Assembly (NCBI GenBank): GCA_963771045.1
Contig: CAVYRW010000004.1
Coordinates: 96,001 to 160,000, forward strand
Source of the DNA: Waddliaceae bacterium
GTDB lineage: Bacteria; Chlamydiota; Chlamydiia; Chlamydiales; SLFE01
Reading direction: 5' to 3'
DNA: 64,000 nucleotides
Within the stretch, counting starts at the first letter, position 1. Each line of letters opens with the position of its first letter. The translations under genes were made by a program, and so were the position numbers. Positions 59,350-64,000 of the stretch are shown here, piece by piece. The notes below the pieces were generated by a model. That model was not told where the DNA came from. It saw only the letters and a list, made by a program, of their open reading frames with translations, and made no database searches.

Positions 59350-59553
59350 TCAATCTACAGGTAAGCATTCTAGTGTCTTGCATGCCGTCGCCCGCGCTGC
59401 GTTCTCGAGAGGGGCGTAACCGAACAATCTTTACAAAAATCCCAATTTTTGGTAAAATTCTAATTAATTATTAACATTTTAAGTAAATAATAGCAATTTT
59501 TTTAAAAATGGAACAAGAGCGGACATTCGCTTTTTCTCCCCTTAGATTTAACC

Positions 59554-60663
59554 ATGAAAAAACGGTGCGAACGATACATTTTGGACGTGATCCAGGGAAA
59601 AAAACGGGGATTTCTCTCCGGAGCAGCCTCTCATGGGTTGAAATTCTTAAGTTTCGGCTTCCAGGCCGCCGTCAATGCTCGAAATTGGGCGTTTAATCAA
59701 GGTCTGCTGACAAGTTACTACCCTCCGGTCCCGGTTGTAGTTAGTATCGGCAATATCGTTGCAGGAGGCACAGGAAAGACCCCTGCGGCCCTTATGCTGG
59801 CCGAATCCTTGAGTGAAACCCACAAAATCGCCTTCCTTTTAAGAGGCTATAGAAGCCCCTCTGAACTGCGCAGCTCCCCCCTCGTTCTGTCGCTGGGAAA
59901 AGGGCCTGAATATTCGGCATCGTACTCGGGAGATGAGGCCTATCTCTTATCGCGGCGCCTTCCTGAAGCGTTAGTATTTGTGGGAAAGAACCGAGTCCGC
60001 TCATCGATACTGGCTGCCCAAAATGGAGCGGAGATTATCATTTTGGACGACGGATTGCAGCATAGGCGTTTGGCCAGGGAATTTGAGATTATCGTTGTGG
60101 ACGCCAAGGATCCGCTGGGTCAGGGGCATTTTCTTCCTCGAGGCTTTCTGCGCGACCACCCAAAGACTCTCGGAAGGGCCGACCTCATCATTGCCAACCA
60201 CGTTAGGGACAGCGAGGATCTGGACGTCCTCCGGGAAAAAATCGGCCCTTATTCCACGGCGCCTATCGTGGGGGTTTGTCCCCAGATCAGTTCGATTGAG
60301 TCAATTGCCGGCGAGGGCGTTTCTTCGCTCAGCGGAAAAAAAGCCGGACTTTTCTGCGGGATCGCCAAACCCGAAAAATTCAAAACTCTTATTGAAAGCC
60401 AGGGAGTTTCAATCGTCTCGGAGCTCATCTCTTTGGACCACGCTATTCCCGGTAAAAAAAGATTGAGGAAATTTTCCGAAGAGTGCGCAAAACAAGGAGC
60501 CGAGTACTTGATCTGCACAGAAAAGGACAAGGTTAAATTATCCGAGGATGAGGGTACCGCGCTGCCGATCATCAGCGTCAATATACGTTTAAAGATTTCC
60601 GCCGGCAGCTTGCATTGGGAAAACTTGTTGGAACAAATAAAAACGAAGGTGGGGGCGAAATGA
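59554..60663 (+). CDS. lpxK: Tetraacyldisaccharide 4'-kinase
   Basis: SIGNIVAGGTGKTP, RGY, GDE, LDDGLQH, TEKD. Confidence 0.96.
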   Translation: MKKRCERYILDVIQGKKRGFLSGAASHGLKFLSFGFQAAVNARNWAFNQGLLTSYYPPVPVVVSIGNIVAGGTGKTPAALMLAESLSETHKIAFLLRGYRSPSELRSSPLVLSLGKGPEYSASYSGDEAYLLSRRLPEALVFVGKNRVRSSILAAQNGAEIIILDDGLQHRRLAREFEIIVVDAKDPLGQGHFLPRGFLRDHPKTLGRADLIIANHVRDSEDLDVLREKIGPYSTAPIVGVCPQISSIESIAGEGVSSLSGKKAGLFCGIAKPEKFKTLIESQGVSIVSELISLDHAIPGKKRLRKFSEECAKQGAEYLICTEKDKVKLSEDEGTALPIISVNIRLKISAGSLHWENLLEQIKTKVGAK

Positions 60664-61901
60664 AGTTGTGGCTCCAAATATTTATCGCGATGATTGCGGG
60701 AACGGTTGTTGGAACGATCATGAAGCTGACCGGTTTCGACGCAAAAGCTCTGCAGCCTTTGGGAACGATATTCCTTGAGCTGATCCGCATGCTTGTGGTG
60801 CTTCTTATCTTCGCGTCCATGACATTGGGAGTGTGCGGTGTTCATGACCCGAAAAAGCTCGGAAGGCTTGGGATCAAAACGCTCCTTTTTTATCTGCTTA
60901 CGACGATTTTGAGCATCGGAGTCGGCATAGCCTTTGCCACTTATTTTCAACCGGGAGTTGGTTTTTCCGATGAAATGGCAAAAACTCCGATTACGATCAC
61001 CGAACCGCAAAGCCTGGTGGATATTTTTAAGTCCATTGTTCCTTCGAATCCCTTTGCTTCGCTTGTTTCGGGCAACGCTCTTCAGATTATTGTCTTTTCG
61101 GCATTTTTGGGCGTGGCTATTAATTTAGCCGGAGAAAAGGGCCGGCCGCTTCGCGAGGCGATCGAATCGCTTGCCGAAGTGATGTATCAGCTCACTTCGG
61201 TTGTTATGAAATTCGCTCCCATCGGCGTTTTCGGAATTATGGCCTATGTTGCGGGATCGCTCGGGTTTGAGGCAATCAAAAGGCTGGCTCTTTTTGTGCT
61301 GATTTATTATGCCGCCTGTTTTTTGTTTGTCGGGATTGTTTTTTTCGGGATTTTACGGTTTATCGCAGGATTGAATCCCATTTACTTTATAAAAGGGCTT
61401 TGGTCGGCCATAGTCGTAGCCTTTAGCACCGGCAGCAGCTCTGCAAGCCTTCCGGTATCTTTGCAATGCGTTCATGAAAACCTGGGCGTTTCGAAAAACA
61501 TCACGAATTTCGTTCTTCCTCTCGGCTCGACAATCAATATGAACGGCACGGCGATTTTTCAGGGGATGGCAGCAATTTTCGTCTCGCAGGCTTATGGAAT
61601 CCATCTCGACATGTATTCGATTTTAACGATTGTGATTACCGCCACATTGTCGGCAGTGGGAACTGCTGGAATACCTGGCCAGGGTTTCATTATGTTGTCT
61701 GCTGTGTTAACATCGGTTGGGCTGCCATTCGAGGGACTTTCCGTGTTCATGGCCATTGACCGTCTGCGCGACATGGTCGGCACATCGCTTAACGTTATGG
61801 GCGATGCGGTCGTTGCTGTGACTATTGCCAAGCAGGAAGGAGAACTTGATTTGAATTGCTACCGGCAGTCTTATGTAGAATTGGAGGAAAGCGAAGCTTA
61901 A
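60660..61901 (+). CDS. Dicarboxylate/amino acid:cation symporter (GltP/GltT family), copy 1
   Basis: FSTGSSSASLP, PLGSTINMNG, DRLRDMVGTSLNVMGD. Confidence 0.94.
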   Translation: MKLWLQIFIAMIAGTVVGTIMKLTGFDAKALQPLGTIFLELIRMLVVLLIFASMTLGVCGVHDPKKLGRLGIKTLLFYLLTTILSIGVGIAFATYFQPGVGFSDEMAKTPITITEPQSLVDIFKSIVPSNPFASLVSGNALQIIVFSAFLGVAINLAGEKGRPLREAIESLAEVMYQLTSVVMKFAPIGVFGIMAYVAGSLGFEAIKRLALFVLIYYAACFLFVGIVFFGILRFIAGLNPIYFIKGLWSAIVVAFSTGSSSASLPVSLQCVHENLGVSKNITNFVLPLGSTINMNGTAIFQGMAAIFVSQAYGIHLDMYSILTIVITATLSAVGTAGIPGQGFIMLSAVLTSVGLPFEGLSVFMAIDRLRDMVGTSLNVMGDAVVAVTIAKQEGELDLNCYRQSYVELEESEA

Positions 61902-61902
61902 G

Positions 61903-63138
61903 ATGAAACTTTGGGTTAAGATTATTATCGCCATGTTTGCCGGAATGGTAGTCGGCTGGGGGATTGGTCCCCGAGCTGAAATGCTGTATCCTATCGGCGA
62001 GGTGTTTCTCAAGCTCATCAGCATGATTATCGTTCCTCTGGTTTTAGCCTCGATGACTGTCGGCATCACCAGCATTCACGATCCGAAAAAGCTCGGACGC
62101 GTCGGACTGAAAACGTTGGGATTTTATTTGATCACAACCATCATCAGCATAGCTTTGGGACTTTCTTTTGCCTATCTCTTCAACGTCGGGACCGGGATTG
62201 AAATTTCCACTCAGCAGCCCGTGGCACAAGTTGAGCCCATGGGCCTTGGGCAGATTTTTTCCAATCTTATCCCTACCAATCCGTTTGCCTCGCTTATTTC
62301 CAACCATCACATTCTGCAGGTGATCATTTTTGCGATTTTTTTGGGGATTGCGATCAATTTTGCAGGAGAAAAGGGAAGGCCTCTTTTGGACATTATGGAA
62401 GCGACATCGGAAGTTATGTACTCGCTTACCTCCATCGTCATGGAACTCTCTCCCATAGGAGTATTTGCGATTATGGCCTGGGTGGCGGGCCGTTTTGACA
62501 AGGAAGTCCTCTTTTCGCTCGCCAAATTTTTAACGGTTTATTATGCCGCCTGCTTCATTCAGCTGTTCATCGTTTTCGGGGGCATGCTTGTTTTTGTGGC
62601 CAAGCTGAATCCCCGTCCTTTTTTCAAAGGGATGTGGGATGCGATGACTGTGGCGTTTGGGACATGCAGCAGTTCCGCAACCCTGCCGGTTTCCATGCAA
62701 TGCGTCCAGGAGCATTTGGGCGTGTCGAAAAATATTTCCAGTTTTGTACTTCCTCTCGGCTCCACGATCAATATGGCCGGAGCGGCTATCTTTCAGGGAA
62801 TGGCTGCCATTTTCATTTCCAATGCTTACGGCATCCACCTCGATTTCATGACAATCATCACAGTGGTCATCACGGCCGTGCTTTCCGCAGTCGGCGCCGC
62901 GGGCATCCCCGGTTCGGGGATTTTGATGCTCTCTGCTGTTTTGGCCTCTGCGGGCCTTCCGCTTGAAGGGGTTGGCGTTCTTTTTGGCATCGACCGTGTT
63001 CGCGAAATGATCTCAGCAGTCGTCAACAGCATGGGCGACGCTGTGGTTGCTGTCACCATCGCCAAACAGGAAGGCGAGCTTGACGAACTTCAGTACTACG
63101 AAGCCAAGCTTGTCGAACTTGAAGAGTCTGAAGCTTAG
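61903..63138 (+). CDS. Dicarboxylate/amino acid:cation symporter (GltP/GltT family), copy 2
   Basis: FGTCSSSATLP, PLGSTINMAG, DRVREMISAVVNSMGD. Confidence 0.94.
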   Translation: MKLWVKIIIAMFAGMVVGWGIGPRAEMLYPIGEVFLKLISMIIVPLVLASMTVGITSIHDPKKLGRVGLKTLGFYLITTIISIALGLSFAYLFNVGTGIEISTQQPVAQVEPMGLGQIFSNLIPTNPFASLISNHHILQVIIFAIFLGIAINFAGEKGRPLLDIMEATSEVMYSLTSIVMELSPIGVFAIMAWVAGRFDKEVLFSLAKFLTVYYAACFIQLFIVFGGMLVFVAKLNPRPFFKGMWDAMTVAFGTCSSSATLPVSMQCVQEHLGVSKNISSFVLPLGSTINMAGAAIFQGMAAIFISNAYGIHLDFMTIITVVITAVLSAVGAAGIPGSGILMLSAVLASAGLPLEGVGVLFGIDRVREMISAVVNSMGDAVVAVTIAKQEGELDELQYYEAKLVELEESEA

Positions 63139-63165
63139 CCGGTTAAATTTGAAGATTTTTGTTTT

Positions 63166-63666
63166 TTATGACTGCTTAAAATGATCTGAACCTCTGTAAA
63201 TCGGTTGTTCAATAAAATTCACCTGCAATTCTTCCGAGTATTCTTCCCGCATGAATGTGACCCTCACGTGGTCATTTTCAAGGATTTTTTTGTCGACATT
63301 TTGATTGATCAAGTATTGACGAAGCAGATGTTCTTCTTGCTTGGTATTTGAAATGATGCGTGGAATACATGTCAGCAGGCGAACTGGGAAGGTCAAAACA
63401 TCCAAAGGCAGCGCGGCTAAAACGGCGAAAATTTTGTCTACAATGTTTTGCACTTTGACCGCATGATTAATGGTTGTTGGGAGAAAGAAATCTTTTGAAA
63501 AATTCTTTAGGTTGTTTGTACGCACAGGGATGACAGTTGCAGCAACAATTGAAGCCGTTCGGTGTCCTGCGCCCCAGTTCTTTACCTTGTTGAACTCCTG
63601 CTCTGTCAGATTGCTTTCCCAAACTAAGCTGTTTTCTATATTTTGTACTTTTATGTAATATGCCAT
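63166..63666 (-). CDS. Hypothetical protein
   Basis: 166-aa ORF with AGGTGG RBS and one hydrophobic segment. Confidence 0.6.
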   Translation of the reverse strand: MAYYIKVQNIENSLVWESNLTEQEFNKVKNWGAGHRTASIVAATVIPVRTNNLKNFSKDFFLPTTINHAVKVQNIVDKIFAVLAALPLDVLTFPVRLLTCIPRIISNTKQEEHLLRQYLINQNVDKKILENDHVRVTFMREEYSEELQVNFIEQPIYRGSDHFKQS

Positions 63667-63928
63667 ACTATACCACCTACATTTATAAAAAAATATTATA
63701 TACTAAATAGATATTTGTTGTAAATAATATTTTTTTTTAATTTTAGGGCCAGCTCAATGGACAACTTCTCATAACGTAACGAAAATAGAGCAGTTCCCGC
63801 TGGGATTTTTTAAGAGCCCTTAGCTTCGTTTTTCGGGAACGTAGACCGCCGAATACTTATGGAAATTCTTGACTCATTAATTTTAAAAAACTAATATTTA
63901 TGTTTAATCTGAAACCAAGGAAGTCTTT

Positions 63929-64000
63929 ATGAAGGAAATAAGCCTGACCATTCTAGCATCAGTAATCACTTTTTCAGTATGCGCAGAAAGATCTCCGGGA
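63929..64000 (+). CDS. Start of a gene with a signal peptide, running off the window
   Basis: AAGGA RBS; MKEISLTILASVITFSVCAE. Confidence 0.45.
   Translation, partial: MKEISLTILASVITFSVCAERSPG

Noticed and set aside
59350..59430. GC-rich intergenic patch between gmhA and lpxK as a possible ncRNA
   Set aside because: No recognisable SRP, 6S, tmRNA or riboswitch motif, and no convincing long stem.

Overview
This 64-kb window comes from an environmental Chlamydiae genome (Parachlamydiales-like). The evidence is the 718-aa chlamydial GreA, a stand-alone nqrA, the chlamydial gspD/E/F-pseudopilin locus and the methyltransferase-spoU-lpxK-gltT cluster. Core genes include proC/proA/proB, csaA, pfpI, yjbH, nqrA, the T2SS genes, hemB, mutY, greA, rdgB, rsmD, gmhA, lpxK and two gltT-like symporters. 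A ~12-kb mobile-element pile-up (3377-15489) separates proB from proA-proC. In order it holds: a 289-bp protein-less IS200/IS605 element that looks like a promoter plus stand-alone TnpB-type omegaRNA; an HTH-Fic gene with a six-box operator array; a group II intron 3' remnant; truncated IS256, IS66, ISAs1 and IS1 elements; an AT-rich LRR cargo; and an IS3. Elsewhere there is an IS903-like element carrying a GxxExxY nuclease between ~58-bp repeat-built inverted ends, several MITE-like palindromes, and host-directed candidates (two BTB proteins, an IpgD/SopB-like Cx5R phosphatase, a lipase, an Inc-like protein). Many single-base frameshifts in conserved genes are probably sequencing errors. I recognised no tRNA, rRNA or CRISPR array. 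All calls come from reading the sequence by eye; no searches were run.
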